DNA of 64,000 nt from Balanoglossus misakiensis (taxonomy: Eukaryota; Animalia; Hemichordata). Numbering within the stretch: the stretch's first letter is position 1; each line of letters starts with the position of its first letter. This document shows positions 38,050 through 53,900 of this stretch, piece after piece. The notes under the pieces were generated by a model. The model had not been told where the DNA came from and ran no database searches. It was given only the letters and a program-made list of their open reading frames with translations. Location of the stretch: positions 84,208-148,207 of the forward strand of contig CM082594.2 of the NCBI GenBank assembly GCA_040954595.2, in the 5' to 3' direction. The translations under genes were made by a program, and so were the position numbers.

Positions 38050-40692
38050 CTCCTTCAGCACTTTACTGCCCTGTAGCGCACTGTGTGACACTTGTAGTTG
38101 TGCATTCATAACCAGAAGGACGTGGCCGAACCTAGCGAGTATGAACCTATCACAGAAAAAATTCAAAGAACGATTTTTACCACCATGGTTTGGTCCAACG
38201 ATCCCTTATTAGAGAGATGTCCGTAATCACAGGTTTTACTGTACAATACCTCTTCAGTGGAATCATTGTGTTTTTCAAAGTGCATCACAATATCAACTCC
38301 AATAAGCATAACAGTTTAATTTTCTGTGTATGCCATGCTATAACACAGGGAAGTCACAAGAGTGATTTGCAGCCCAACTTACCAGTAACTGTTGAACAAT
38401 CCACTACGGGTGACATGGTTGGACACTTGGATCCCGCTGGACAAGGCGTGCATGTGCCGTCGCCTTCCATAGCATATTCACCATTGCCACAGTCGAGCGG
38501 ATCTTACATTGGATCTTTACACGATTGTCCAGCAGGGCACAGAAGACAGGATGTGCGTGCAGGCTCCTCACTTATTTCATCTGATTAAAGAAAATGAGGT
38601 TTTTAGTGATGTATTTGTGATACAGTGTCATTTAAAATAACAAATTACTTGAGATGATTCACTTCATAATTCTGAGACAAGTATACAGGCATGTAGAAAA
38701 TTCTTTGGAGGACATTAAACGTCATTTCTAATCAACCATTTTCTGAATATCATAAGACTCTGCGAGATCTCACATGGCTAACCGGGTCTCGCAAGATCTC
38801 GCACTGAGTTGATAATCTGTTGTAAACACATACATACATACACACACACACATACCCCCAGTCGCACTGACTTGAAAATCTGTTGTAAACACATACATGC
38901 AAACACACATACCCCTCAGTTTCATCACACAGCAAACTGAACAAGTACCACAATCTTACCATTTGTACATCTGGTACAGTTTGTTGCACCAGCCAATGAC
39001 ACGTAACCCTTGGTACACTTGAATTGCGATGCACTGGGATCTATGCAGGCGTACCCTTGCTCACAAATAGTACAATGTTCAGCACCAGCTGATCTGTAAA
39101 TCAAACAGAGAATTTACACACCAAGTTAACCTTTGAATACCACTGTAAAAATTTGGTGCAAATTTTAATTATTTTCATAAATAGAGGTCTATTCAAATTT
39201 GAAAAAAATTGTCATTTTTTCATTCATATATTATATCAGTAAATTTTAAATACAGAAATAGAAAATGATCCCATCCTATTTTTCAGTTAGTAAATTACCT
39301 GACCTAATGTTTGATGTTGGAAATAAAGGTGGGTGGGTAGAAGTTTACCTGTTATGCAAGAGGTACAGCGAGACATCCTTTGTCCAAGGCCGAACTGTAA
39401 TAACCAGCCGAGCATAAAATCACAGTGTTACCATTTGGACATTGGTTACCAGCTGGGCAATCAGCACATGATGTTTGTGCTGAAAATAAACAGAGATTTA
39501 TAGAATCTTATAGTCACAGTCATACCTTCAAAGACGTGGGATTCTCACGCGGGTTGGGGAGACAAAAATCCCTGGCAAAAGATTGAGGACAGGAAAATGC
39601 CAATCCAGAGATATTGGTAACAGAAACTGTGTACAGTCAATGCCATACGGCAGTGTGCTGTTCTAACAACAGACAAGATCGTGACGATCATAGTCTGTGT
39701 CGGAGATTTGGAAAAGAGCAAATTTGGTGAAAAGACGGGACAAAACAAAAGTCTACTTATACGATGCACATGAAAACTGGATGAAAGCGAAGCAGTCCAC
39801 TATTTGAATGCATTGGATGTAAAATTGGCAGAATATTTGGACTGGACGTAATGTTTGTACGCACAGAATTACGTACATGCACATAAGATGATTGTCCGCC
39901 TTAAAGGCACGTAAGCTGCAACTGGATAAAAAAATTAAAGTTTTAAATAATCTCATATATGCTTTTAATTATGTCTATTAAATGATATTTCATGATAATA
40001 TATCAAGCTCAACACTTATTTATGACACAATGGCCAAAAATTAAAGAAAAAACGAAAATTCCTGCAATTTTAAAAAAAGTGCAATATTGCAATGAAAAAT
40101 GGAAATCTGATGTCTCAGTGGTGTACATTTACTTCCATGAGCTCAAGTGGATGAGATCATGTTTTGTTTATGAAGTTTCAAAACCGGAAATGCAACATTT
40201 TCATTGTTTCTTGCATTTTCCCAGGGTGGCGGCCATAATCGCTTGCGGCAAAGCTTTATTATTTATCTGGTTAAAACTTGCATATGCACTCATATTTAGG
40301 GTTTATAATGCTTGTGTATAGTTCACTGCCTTCATCTGCATGGACTAATGGTAGTGCAGTTTTAAACAAAAATTATGAAAATTATCCCAAAAGTTACAGC
40401 TTACGTGCCTTTAAGTGAAAGATTACACAGTAATGCCCAAACTTTAAGTGCTGACTCACCATCTATATTAGTGTAGTATCCATCTTCACACACCTCTGGC
40501 TCCGACATACCATCATATTGGCACTTATACCCGGGGCAGGACAAGGCGTACAGTCTATACTTCCATTGTTGGCAAAATATCCCAGTCCGCATTGTGTTGG
40601 TGATGAGAGGCTGGCTGTTCCACACATGAAACCCCTGGACACAGCGTGCATGCTTCAGAACATGCTGAACTTTAACTTCCAGCTGCGCAGTC
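38050..40692 (-). pseudogene. GCC2/GCC3-like exon cluster, copy 3
   Basis: Homologous to 5894-8535. Confidence 0.8.
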
Positions 40693-40758
40693 CTGTAGGA
40701 GTGAAGACGTCAACTATTAAGGAGGTTTAGGAGCCCTCTAGCCAGCAAACTTCATCAA

Positions 40759-41175
40759 GGATGTACGTGCAGAACATAAACCGGAAACACTGCGTGTCCG
40801 GTCTTTTTCCCATAGGATTACATTGATAATCGCCAGAAAACAAACTTCTACTATTGTCATTTTCACGAAATTTTACACATAGCTCAGTCCAGCAAATATA
40901 AATTCATTGGTCAAATAAAATATAGGGGTCACCGCGCTCTTTTTTGAGATAAATTGCATTAAGAATTTTGGCCATAGACAAACAAACCATTGGTGAAAAA
41001 TGCTGAGTCAGCAGATTTCTTCTATTATCGACCAATTTCATGGCTCTGTATTTCAAAAACAAGCGCGGTGACCCCTATATTTTATTACGGATTTTCATTA
41101 TACATACAAAAGAGAATAAAAAAATCCACAATTAAAAAAAATGACAATACTTTCCATTTTATTGAACGTACATCC
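40759..41175. mobile_element. Kolobok-like MITE, copy 3
   Basis: Homologous to 8602-9018. Confidence 0.7.
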
Positions 41176-41659
41176 TTAATGTTACTTAGGTAGTGGAGCA
41201 CCAAAACCCAAATTTTCATATCGATTGTGTATTTTGTGATAAAAGCACCAAACTTGGCTCAGATGTGTGTTAATGTGTACTGAACAAATTCAGATAGCGA
41301 GTCACTAAATATCTGTTGAAGAGTTTCCATGGCAACCAATTTTTTTTCAAAATGGCCGCAAATACAGATAATCACACCTGTTAAACATCAAAATAAATTC
41401 AGATTACAATATTTGAAACAAGAAACTACGGAAAGAATGGTTTGCAATAGAACTATGGTTATTAAACTACAAATGTACTTATAAGGGTAACTAAGGGATC
41501 AAAATACAGGTGCAACTTTCAATCCCTGGTACTCGCATTAGTATAGGTGCTCCCCCTAGTCAAACATTACGGCTAGTTGCGATATTTAACTTGAAGTACG
41601 TAAATTACACACACACGAATCGCAACAGTTAGCGAGTCACTAAATATCTATTGAAGAGT

Positions 41660-43670
41660 GACTATGCAGTATCCAAGATCCACCCTTTCCACAATACGTG
41701 TGAACTTCTACTCTCTACATGGAATGTCCGCTCAGCTAGATGCAAATCATTAGACATTGCAGACTACATCACAGATAAAGAAATTGATATTCTTGTACTC
41801 ACTGAAACATGGTTGAAGGAATCTGGTGACGAACACGTAATGGCTGAATGTACACCACCAGGCTATGCTGTCAAACATCTACCTGGGGTTGGCAAGATCG
41901 GTGGAGGCTTAGCTTAAATTCATAAGCTAGCACTAAAATAAACAGCTTGGAAGCCTATTCTCTCTGTTAAATCTTTTGAGGCAGCGGAAGCAACTATTCT
42001 TCACCAGAAACTTTCCATGAAAATAATTCTTGTCTACCGTCCACCACCATCAGTTAATAATAAATTCACCGCACCACAGTTCATGGAAGAGTTCAGTACA
42101 ACACTTGAGAAGTATGTCACCTGCTCAAGTAATCTCTTCATCGTAGGAGATTTCAATATTCACCTAGAAGATGATAAGAATCCAGTAACACAGAAATTCA
42201 ATGGAATCATCAGCGCCTGTAATCTGAAACAATGGGTCCAACAACCAACACACAGAAAGGGTCATACTCTTGATCTCATCTTATCTAACTCTGCGTCTAA
42301 CATCAAGAGTGTCTCTGTAGACTGCTTGGAACTCTCTGATCACAATTCTGTCAATGCAAAACTTGCTCTTCCGAAACCAACACACAGTAGACGTCAAATA
42401 TCTTATCGTCATATCTGCCATTTCAATTGATAGTTTCAGCCATGATCTCGACAAAATACATCAAATGTCCTAGCCTCCAAATGACCTCTCCTCAGCCATA
42501 TCAGCTTATAACCAACCCGTCAGTCTCCATCTAAAACACGTGTACTTGATCTCATCCCTACAGCACTTGATAAGCAATGTCTTGGTAATCTGCTCACTAT
42601 CATAGCCACAATTATCAATTTGTCACTCAAAACTGGAACTGTTCCTGAATAACTTAAAATAGCAGTCATCACACCAATATACTCAAGAAACCTTCGCTCG
42701 ACAAAAACATTTTCAAGAACTATAGACCAGTTTCAAACCTAACCTTCCTGTCAAAAGTAATCGGGAAGATTGTAGCACAACAACTGACATCATATTTGAC
42801 TACCAACTCACTACAAGAACCACTGCAGTCAGCGTACCGAAAGGATCACAGTACCGAAACAGCACTTACTAAAGTCAACAACGATATTTGTATGGCACTG
42901 GATGCCGGTAAATGTGTACTCATGGTTCTCCTCGATCTCTCCTCTGTGTTTGATACCATAGATCACGACACAATCATCTCAAGGTTATCAAAACTGGGCA
43001 TCACCAACATCGCACTACAATGGTTCTCATCATATCTTAAGAACAGACAGCAGTTTGTATGGCACAATGTCAGAACCTCAATATCTACAATATGGAGTAC
43101 CACACGGTTCAGTGCTTGGCCCACTTTTGTTCTGCAGCTACATCCAACCACTTGCTCAACTTATTTGTCACCACAACATCAATTTTCACCAATATGCCGA
43201 TGACAACCAACTATACCAATATTTCTTCCAGTTAGACACCATAAGTACATTAGACAAGATGGAAAGGGCAGTTCACGAAATAAAAACCTGGATGACACAT
43301 AATAAACTTCAACTAAATGTTGGCAAACCCGAGGTACTCCTGATAAGGTCTCAGTTCAACCGCTCGCCTCGTCCCATAAACCACATGAGCATTGGATCAT
43401 GTTGTGTTCAAATTGTGAATTCTGCACGGAATATAGGTGTGACATTCGACGACAATTACACTTTCAATAAGCACATTAATGCAATTTGCAAGTCAATTTT
43501 CTTCCATCTGCGTCAAATCAGCCACATTCGCCGTTACCTCACTAAGGAAGTTTGCCAGATGCTGGTTCATGCTCTAATCACATCAAAACTGGACTACTGC
43601 AATGCAATACTCTGTGGTTTACCATCATCATGCATTCAACCGCTACAGCATGCCCTGAATTCTGCAGCCA
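41660..43670 (+). mobile_element. Defective L2/CR1 LINE, copy 3
   Basis: APE and RT motifs. Confidence 0.93.
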
Positions 43671-44180
43671 CCATGGCCTCCTTCACAAAAACCTCACCAG
43701 ACCCCATAATGCCTCCATCTCTTACACCACACCTTATACCCACCACAAATCCTAGCCATCACCCAACCTATCATAGCCCAAACAATCCAAACCCAATCAA
43801 AATTGACCCTAGCCCCACTTATCAAGCCATCAATGCTCAACGGCAACCCAAATAACACTTAACTTAAAGATTGGCATAAATCCAAACTCATACCACTGCG
43901 ACCCCAAATATACAACACAAAGACTCAATCACGAACCAATACCTACCATTTGTAGCAAATACACGACCAAAGATTTGATCCCATCTATCATCCATATATC
44001 ATCAGAAAGTTGGGACGATGAGCAATGGGGCAGAGACTGATCATCAAAAATTTGAGACAGGGAATTCCAACAAATGAGATCATTAAGTTAAATATGCAAA
44101 GCAAATCAGAAAAGAGAATCGGAAGATTTTCTCCGAAGGACACCTTGCAAATTCATGATTGGAAAGACACTGCAGTCACA

Positions 44181-45373
44181 TGTATATTGTAGTGTCCAAA
44201 CACTAGTGAGCATCTATACTTTATACATTCTGTAAAATGACGTAATGCAACATTCGGGTCATTATGAATAAAGTGCGTGAATGAGGCTAGGCACTCTCAC
44301 TCTTACATGCCGGACTTGGTGTCTCATGTTGTCATTATTGCCCACCCACGATTCTATATTTGGCGACGAGGACGGAGAACATGGAGAATCAGCTAGCCGT
44401 CAATGCCGAGTTTTCCTGTTCATTCAGTCTCGACAACCACCAGTACGAGATGGAAAAAGTACATGGTTAGAGTAGAAAACGCATTTGTCGCATTCAACAT
44501 TACAGATGACAACCGACAACGTGCACTGCTATTGCACTGGGCAGGTGAGGAAGTTTCCGACTTCTTTGATACTCTACCAGATACAGGAACGAGCTGTGAA
44601 ACAGCCATATTAAAGCTTACGTCGTACTTCTCACCCAAACGGAACATTGAATACGAACGATTCATCTTCAGACACCATACAAAACAACGGCGAATCGATT
44701 GATGCCTATCACACTTGTTTGCAACGCCTAGCAGAAACATATGTGACTTCACCAATAAGGATCAAGAGGTCAAATCACAAATCATACGAGGATTCACATC
44801 AGCCCGTCTCAGACGTCGTGCTCTTTGGGAGGAGACGACACTAGAGAATCTACTGAGTACAGCCCGTTCATTTGAGGTATCAGAGGTTCAGGCTAGTGGG
44901 ATTGAGGAGAAACCCCATAATAATGGTGCAGACACGGCATCTGTGAATGCGGTCAGAAAACAGCGCCACCAACGCCCGAAACCAAATAAACAAAAGAGAG
45001 CTCATCAGCAGCCAGCGAAAGGACCGTCCACTTGTTATTATTGTGGTGGCACCTATCCACATGACTCAGTATGTCCAGCTAAAGGCAAGTCATGCAGGAA
45101 GTGTGGCAAACCTAACTATTTTGCCAAATGCTACCGATCAAAAGGCAAGGCAAATAGGGTAGACAAGGATGAAACTGTCAAAGCTGTGCATAAAGTGGAA
45201 GACAGCTCGGGAGATGAATACTGCTTCACTGTACAACAATCAAATGGCAGGAGGCCTCGAGTAACAGTGCAGATAGAACAAACAGCAGTTGCCTCACTGA
45301 TCGACCCTGGTTCTACAATAAACATGATGAGTGTAAACACATACAACAACCTAAAGAACAAACCCATGTGGCA
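44181..45373 (+). mobile_element. Truncated Gypsy element, copy 3
   Basis: PBS plus gag/protease; extra 2-bp frameshift at ~44670. Confidence 0.9.
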
Positions 45374-46879
45374 AACAGAAAGCCCGTTTTACCACTGTCA
45401 GCAGTGCATTATTGAGTATTTTAGCATCGCTGGATTTAGCTCTCGTCCAATCAGAATTGCGGACGGTAGCATGATATAATATAATTGAGAATAAATCTCG
45501 CGACAAGTGTACAGTTTGACAATGTACACAGATAATCCGTTTCAACAATGTTTCCTTTGTAGTGTGAATAAAACTGCACACTTTGCAAGTTTTCAACTTC
45601 AAAACACTATGGCTATTACAGAGACAAAGCTGCTAATATACAGTGTATACCTGTCATTTTTGTTTGTGGTGAGATTTTCATTGGCACAGTCGCACAGAGC
45701 TCACACAAGAGGAAATTACACTTTCTGTTGAATTCACTGCTTCCTGCTAACTTTAAGTCATATATCCAGTGAAACATTAAGTTATAGAATTTTCCATCGC
45801 AGTATTCTGTTTTATATACATGTATAGCAGTCCCACACATATTGATTAATTTGACAAAAGAAACTGACTGACAATTTTCACAGCGCTCCCAGTATAGCAT
45901 CCTTGGCAGGTGCACGTCAATGCCCCACACGAGGTTAGGGTTGGCAAGTGCTGCCATTTTGACATGGGTTGTTAGCACTGATCAATTCCTATGCATGACA
46001 GAAAAATGAAGAATTAGGCTATGGGCCGGACCTGCCTATCGTTTCAAAACGCACTCTGTATATTAGGGTCTATTTCTTTTACATAAAAACAAGTCTTCTT
46101 GCTCTAATATGATAAAAGAAAAAAACTTCAACTTAAATATTGCGTCCTCAGAGGTAATATCGAGCCCTAAAAATCAGGTATGCTAATGCGGTTAAAGGTC
46201 GTGCAGTTCTCCTTATAACAAGCGATCTTATTGGTGGTTACGTGACTGCACCAATCACAGAATGCGTTATGTCACTCAGCAATTACACACGCAGGGCAAA
46301 CTATCAGGCAGCTACATGTATACTAGTATACATGTTACAGAAGATTAAACAGAATTGTTGGTAAGGAAAGTTTGAGCAGACTAGTCCATTCAATGTAAAA
46401 AATGGTGCTGATTCCAAAAAAGTCAGTCTTATTGACCCCTTTCAAGACAAAATTGCCATTTTTGCCACTTTTAACCCAAAAGGTCATTTAAAAAACACTC
46501 AAAACACACTGTTTTCATCACATTCGGAGATCTGATGACATTTGAGGATTATGCGGAAACAGTGACACACCAGAATAAAAATTACAGGTGACATTTGCAA
46601 GCAGATATGATCTGACCATATAGAAATATGGAATGTAAAAACATTAACAAGGAACATGCCCAATAAACTGTCATGTGTCATGGCAGTCTTACAAGTGGTG
46701 CTAGAAAAAAAAAATGACCAAAAATTGTCTGTACAAACACATATGCGAAGCAACTTCTTTCAGTCAGCCCTGGAACAGACACACACTGACCTGCCACTGG
46801 TAATTAAAATTTGATAGCTGGTGGTCTCTGTAACAGCTGGCCTATTTAAGTTATGTAAACATGTCTTTGTTCGAGGTAA

Positions 46880-47917
46880 CAACTCCTTGTAAATAGTAAC
46901 TTTAAAAACAACTGGACAATTTGTTTAGAAGAAGATTTGCTAACCAAAAACTAAGAAACTTACCAAAAAAACTCGCTAAATATTTAATCTTTCTGATCTC
47001 AGAACTGAATAAAAGTTGCACATATACAGGTATGTGTTATGAAATTATATCCTAAATTTCAAAGCAATCAGAGAAAAAACTAATTTCAAAGCAATCCAAC
47101 AAGCAGTTTCACAGAAAATATTTGTTCAAAAGTGGCAAAAACACAAATATGCAAATATCACCAAAATTGTACAATATCTTACTTCAATCACTACAAGGAA
47201 CATGCTGCCTAAGTTCAATGCAATAGGACAAGCGGTTTCAGAGAAAACAATTTTTGACAAAAATTGCAAAAGTTTCCCCGATAACACATTTATGCAAATA
47301 TCTTTTTTTTTTACAACATATTATTTAGGTTACCCCTACGAACATGCCTACCAAATTGGAAAGCAATCTGGCATGAGGTTTTAAAGAAAAACATTTTTTG
47401 ACCAAAAATGGCAAATATTGCTCAAAATTATAGATATGCAAATTTTGCAACAATTTGAACAAAACTATGGTTACTTAGACAACATTAGGAGGCTTCATAC
47501 TAAATTTCAAAGACTTTTTACCAATAACATGGAAAAATACAAAAAAATGCAAAAAAAATAGGAAATCGATAATATTAGCTCAAAACATACAGGATTGTAT
47601 GAGGTTGATATAAGGTACATGCATACCAATTTTCAAATCAATATGACCAGTGGTTGTCCAGTTTTTGAGTTTTGACCAATTTCACATTTTCCCAGCTAAT
47701 TTGCATATTTTTGGCAATGATATCTTCATTTGAACAAACTCCCATCTACAGCCCTGCCTGCATCTACACGCCAAATATCGAGGTCATACGCGCTGCGGTT
47801 TTCAAGTTTTCGATGTGGACGGACATACAGACATACATCCATCCATCCATCCATCCATACATACAGACGTAACCAATCCCATAAGGTCCCATGGTACATA
47901 CCAATGGGACCTAAAAA
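46880..47917 (-). mobile_element. Helentron/HINE-like remnant, copy 3
   Basis: Homologous to 14700-15740. Confidence 0.6.
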
Positions 47918-47929
47918 CTTGTGACTTAC

Positions 47930-50900
47930 ATGTAACACATGTTTGCCCAGTGTAGCAGGTTGGACAGTTGCAGGTGTAGATTGAGCAGGAGCCTTGAAGT
48001 GGCTGATACACTCCGTTATTCAGACATGGGTTTAGAAGACACTGGTTGATCGCTAAGGGTGAGAGAAATGAAAAGTATCACATTAGGGTCTTACACACTT
48101 GAGTGGGAAGTGAAATCTGTAGCAGACTGTCAGAAGATTGCACATTCGTGTGATCATGTTCATGTGTGAAGGATAATGAAGACCACTTGATCCAAGCTTG
48201 GTGCTACCATCTTTATCATAATTACAGCATCTTATAATATTTACTAGTTGGGGGTGGGGTGGGGTGGGGGTAGGGGTAGTTGATGTCATAACTTTCTGAT
48301 GTTTCAATTTACGGTTGGAAAAATAGCAACATCTACTCTGATGAGCATTTGAGTCAATGAAAGTATACATCATGGCTACGGTAGTGCATATAAGTCTCTT
48401 GGTTAGCTGCACAATCACAGGCAACTTTATTGAGACAATATCAATGACAAAGCCCAGCGATTTCTACTTTGTGCGGCAAATCTGACACTGGTTTGCTTAC
48501 GTTCAGCGCACGTGGTTCCGATGAAACAGCGCGAACTCTGGCATCTGAACTCGGTGCAGGACACTTGCTGGCAGAATCCACTGTTTAGACAAGGGTTGGG
48601 CTGACACGGATTCAAATCTGTGCACAGAAGAGAAAGTGATATAAATTGTGTACAGTTAATATTTACTACATATACTTTAAACAGATTTGTGCAGTCAGGG
48701 TTGAGTGGTAAAAATCTCAGTTGGTCAACAGAACATCACTGTGACAAATTTCTTCCATGTTCAACAAAAGAAACGTAATGAAATTTTGACACAGGTGTAA
48801 TAGTGTCTTAGTGTACCATACGGTGCAGGTTGTTGTTTGGTCAAATACACAATCCCCTTTTATGGCACACACATTCTTAATAAATTTCCCCAAAATTGTG
48901 TCGTTATTCACTGTTTGATACAGGTTGGAAGAAACCAACTGCAAGCCGATTATGTGTTATGTTATTATGTTCCTCTTCATCTGAAATTTAAAATCACTCA
49001 CATGTCTGACATAAATCGCCGGAGTAACAGCTTGTACAGGAGCATGTGAATTCAGTACACCAATTGGGCGTCAGCACACAGTTTCCACCATTCTGACACT
49101 GGATGGGTTGACACTGGTTGACAGCTGTGGGATGTGCAGTCAAGATATTGTCAAAATTACAGAATTTACAAACTACACTCCACAGTCATGTACATGTATA
49201 CATGACAACAACCAAAGGGCTGTTTTGAAAAACCAAATGCTGTGAAATCCTTTAGAGTGTGACAAGAAACCACAGTTGCAACCGAAAACAAAAATAGTGA
49301 TAACATTAAGCTAGCCCAAAGTTTGAGTTACCAGGGCTTTAATATGTGTACCGTACTTATATTATATAATACATAACAAGTGTTTTGCATTGAATAAAAT
49401 AATATTGGTTTGTACTTACGCATTGTACATGTGGCACCAGTGAAGCATTCGGTACACATACAGTCAAACAGGAAACAGCCGTCTCGCGCAACGCATGTGC
49501 CACCATTTTGACAAGGCATAGAGTATAACTGATCATTGGCTGCCAAAACAAAAATGAAAGTATCAATTACCTGCTTGTCAAAAACTTGTACATGTACTTG
49601 TGATGTTCATTTCGTTTAAATATGTGAGCAATGTCTTCATTCCTTGTTTCAAACCTGTACATTTAAAATAACATAATGATGCTATTGCTAGGATTTTTCT
49701 GTAAGAATCTTGAAAAATTAAAAAATGTACCGTCAACATGATACAGAAGGCTTTCCTTTTTAACGTGCACCTCACACTCAATTTTGACCCTACATCAGCA
49801 AATTTTGAAAGGATGAAACTTAGTAATGCTTCCACCCCATTTATTGGTGTATGGGTCCATCTATCACATTGAGAATACCAAAAATGAGGGTTTATATACC
49901 ACGCTGTGTCATAAAACAGTAATTCGACACACCTACGGCACAGGTGGCCCCAGTCCAACACTACTGGCAGTAACAGGTGTAGTCAGTATAAGAATTTGGT
50001 GTTTGGGAACAATAGCCTCCATTTTGACACGGATTCTGATCACATGGGTTAATGACTATCAGAAAAAAAATAGTTTAAAAAACATGAAATGCAGATGGCT
50101 ACACCTCAACCAAAGATGATTCCTGCACCACAACAAAATCCTTTGACACAAGCATTATACTGGAACCATACCCAGAACACGCATTAAGTATATGATGAAG
50201 GGACAATGTCTCTATTTTGGGTAATACAGTAAAACCTGTCTTTATGGACACCTCTCTAATCAGAACACCTAGTAAGATTGATTTTTCAAGCCAAATAGTA
50301 AGGATAATTAAGGATGTCTCTTTTACTTAATACTCAGATGTGTGCACCACCTTAGGAGAGATTACCTCATATGCACAATTATCTCTACAGACACTAGTCT
50401 TCAAGAGGCAACTCTTGTATATTTGAGTGATGAAAACATCCAGCTTCGTACACTTCCTCACAAGTTCGTGCCTATCCTAAATTGCACGGACATACAAATG
50501 AAATTTCTGTTTTCTTTTCTCTTGTGGAAATTTTAGAAATGAGAAGTTACCACACAATTCAATTGCCATGAAGAGAAAGTGCCCAAAAGATTGTCATTTA
50601 CGGTACGTCAGAAACTTACATATTTCACAACGGTTACCCTCATAGCAACCAGTACAGGCACAGGTATATGCCGTGCAGGAGTTGGCCACTGCATTACATA
50701 CAGCCCCGTTGAGACAGCTGTTTCGTTGGCATGGATCTTGGACTGCAATAAAAAGTGCAACCTAATGTTATCTCAGCAATATTTACTTTCAAAATCTGTT
50801 TGATAAAAACATCATCATTACCATTACTGTAAATACTGAACGGAACTTCACTTCCAAAAACAACTTGCTCATTCTGGGACGCACTTGTGGGGCTATGAAA

Positions 50901-53900
50901 ATCTCTGTATATGTATCTTGTGTAGGGAAAATTTTCATGAACGATCAACATTTTTTTCTTCAAATAAACATGTTTTCTTTCAGTTGTACATCATTTTTGA
51001 GGTGAACGATTCCCAAGGCCCAAGGTGTGATGCTGAAGATGAAAATATAAAGTATGACCAACAGACAATGTATTGAGACATGATTGTAAATGTTAGTTCC
51101 TGCATGACAAAATGTTTGTTTTAATGAGTTTTACACTGGCTGCAGTGTGTGCCGGTGAAACATCCTGGACAAGTACACTCATAAGTTGTACACGACAGCC
51201 GAGTACACTGCCCATTGTTCAGGCATGGACTTGGCCTACATGGAGTTTGTTCTGTTTCAATGGAATGAAAATAAATAAATAGTAGTGACATAAGTTTTTA
51301 GGGTATGACCATTTCCTTAATTCCTACAGCTGTGGTTCTATCGGGTTCTCCTATAACTAAGCCTCCTTAATGTATAACTGAACAATAAGAATTACTTATT
51401 ATACTTTTGGGAGTTTAGGACTTAGTAATTGCAAAAAAGACTCAATTCCTGAAAGTGCCTATTTGGTTTGTCACATCCTAAATATACAGGTAATTTCATA
51501 GCTGCCAGCTATGACAAATATACCGGTATGAGGGGGGAAAAACAGTTCCTCGTCTGATAAATTTACCTTGGTCACAGGTGATTCCAATGATACAGCCTTG
51601 ACAGCGACAGGTAAACGCACTGCACGATCCACTGATTGGCTCACAGATACCGTTGTTCATGCACGGATTGGGAGAACATTGATCGAGTCCTGGGGGTTGC
51701 ATGTAAATCAACCAACAATTGCATATTAACATCACAAGTCATTTCACTATTTTTTCATTCCAAACTTAAAAGATTGCTTGTAACTTGCTGAACAAATATT
51801 CATATGGACAGACTATTCTAGCTTGGAACAGGCAAAATCAAGGGTGCCCTGACGCCCAACTTTTAAGAGCAGTTCATTTACTGAAACTGCCAGCACCCGA
51901 TATTATCCCACATGTAATCAATATGTGGAAATCAAATACATCTGTAACAGTTTTAATTTACCATGTGGGTATTTGCATGGAGGGCCATGGTATTTGTACC
52001 TACTGATAAAATACCCTTCAAAACAATATCCTCATTTCTTCAGAAGTTTTGCAACAAGACCAATAAAGTTTCACATCAAAATTTACAATGTATAAATAAG
52101 CTTAAAAGATCTACGGAATGAAGATGGCTTGTTTGTTTGCAGGGTGTCTTGAAAGTATATACTCACTTGTTTGACCATGGACCCTAGAGAAAGAAGGACG
52201 CGCAACTCCAGTTTTTTCTTGAAATGATGTTCTTTTGCATACATTATTTCCAGATAAATCCCAATAATCCAATTTGCAAATTAACTGTGTATAAACTAAC
52301 GCAAAGTCTCGTGTTTTGTGTGAAGTTATCACAACACCTCAGAACATCTCGCAGAAGACGAGAAAACTGCAACGTGGTTGAACGCAGCGATTATTTATGG
52401 AACACATCTGGACAAGTTAAACAGGAATTTGAATCTGAGTCTGACAGCGTCCAAAACAAGCATCTTTTGTCTAACAGTCCGGGTATTTCACAAGGCTGTG
52501 AGCTAACCGTACCGAGGGTTGCCTGGCGGCCATAGCGCACACATGATAATCCACCCAGTTTGTTTACAAATTGTTTTCGTGAAATCTGTTTTATTGTTCA
52601 CGCACTGCGAAATAAAATGCCCCTAAACCACAATTTTTATTTCAATGCTTCACGCAAACATAAAATTATTACGAAAAGTGTCAGCGTTACTAAGAAATAT
52701 GAGTGCCCAGTCGGACATGCAAAAAACATGGATGATTTGTTTACAATTTTTAAATGAAGCTTGTGGCACTAGAAATGACCATTCAACCGACAGACGAACA
52801 CCAAACCATAATAATTAGCACAGACATCGTAATACTTTTAGAATTTTAGAAAAAAACGCAGTGGCTGCTGAAATGCAGTAGTGCCAGTTTGGTGGCAAGT
52901 TTTCGCATCACTGGTGGGGTCGACACGTGCCGAAGTAAGGAAGTCATTGTCCGACTGTCCTGGGTGTTAATTATATACAAAAAAAAACATCATCATACAG
53001 ATAATCCCCAAACCCTTTGATCTTTGCCGCAGTTGCTCGCCCTTCTTTCTCTTGGGTCTATGGTTTGACAGATGTCACCTGTGTAAGAGTTCACACACTG
53101 GCATGAATAGAAATTGCACGATGTTTGCTGGCAAAATCCACCATTCATACATGGGTTGGGATCACAGGGGTTTTGCACTGGAAATTAAGAAAGGACGCCA
53201 TTTTATTCCTTGCTACTCATTCTACAGTACAGATATGGCAAAAACCTTGCAGAATTATGGCAAGGGTGTGTGGAGTGATTGTGCCTACAACTTATATTAG
53301 GCTGGTATCAAGTTGTTCACACCTCCATAGATCACGTGGCAGTGACTGTGAGGCAAGGGCTTCCCTTCATGAAATCAAAGACCTGTGTACTGGAGGAGGG
53401 TTCCTTGCAAATGCTTGACTTGACTTCAAGCACACCTGTAGACTCATATGTAAATTTACACTATCTGGCCTGGAGTGAGAATTTCCATAGTGGATGTGTG
53501 TTGACAAAAGGCAGTAAAATTGGCCAGTCGCGCATAATGTTTCTTGAACCAAGACAATCAAGACATTATGCGCCACGAAAGTGATTTTGATTGGAAAGAG
53601 TGTAATCTTACATTCGATGTCAAGAACTCTCCAAGCTCTGCTGTGGTGATGGCTACACCTATGCTCAGGAAACATGCAGTATTTGAATGAGACTGCGCTG
53701 TATACTTACATATCTCACACCTATCACCTTTGTAGCAACCAGTACATATGCAGGTGAGATCAAAGCAGGAATTTCGAGCCGGTTGACAGAAGCCACCATT
53801 CTGGCACGGATTTGGTTGACACTGGTTGAGTCCTGCAAGGAAAAGGGTCAAATTTTCCATGATCATCAGGGGTGAGTTTCCTACAAAAATTGTGATGTGA

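Larger units (their letters stand above)
32641..47994. repeat. Tandem unit, copy 3
   Basis: Collinear with the others. Private ~1.63-kb deletion at ~37913, inferred from ORF offsets against copy 4. Confidence 0.98.
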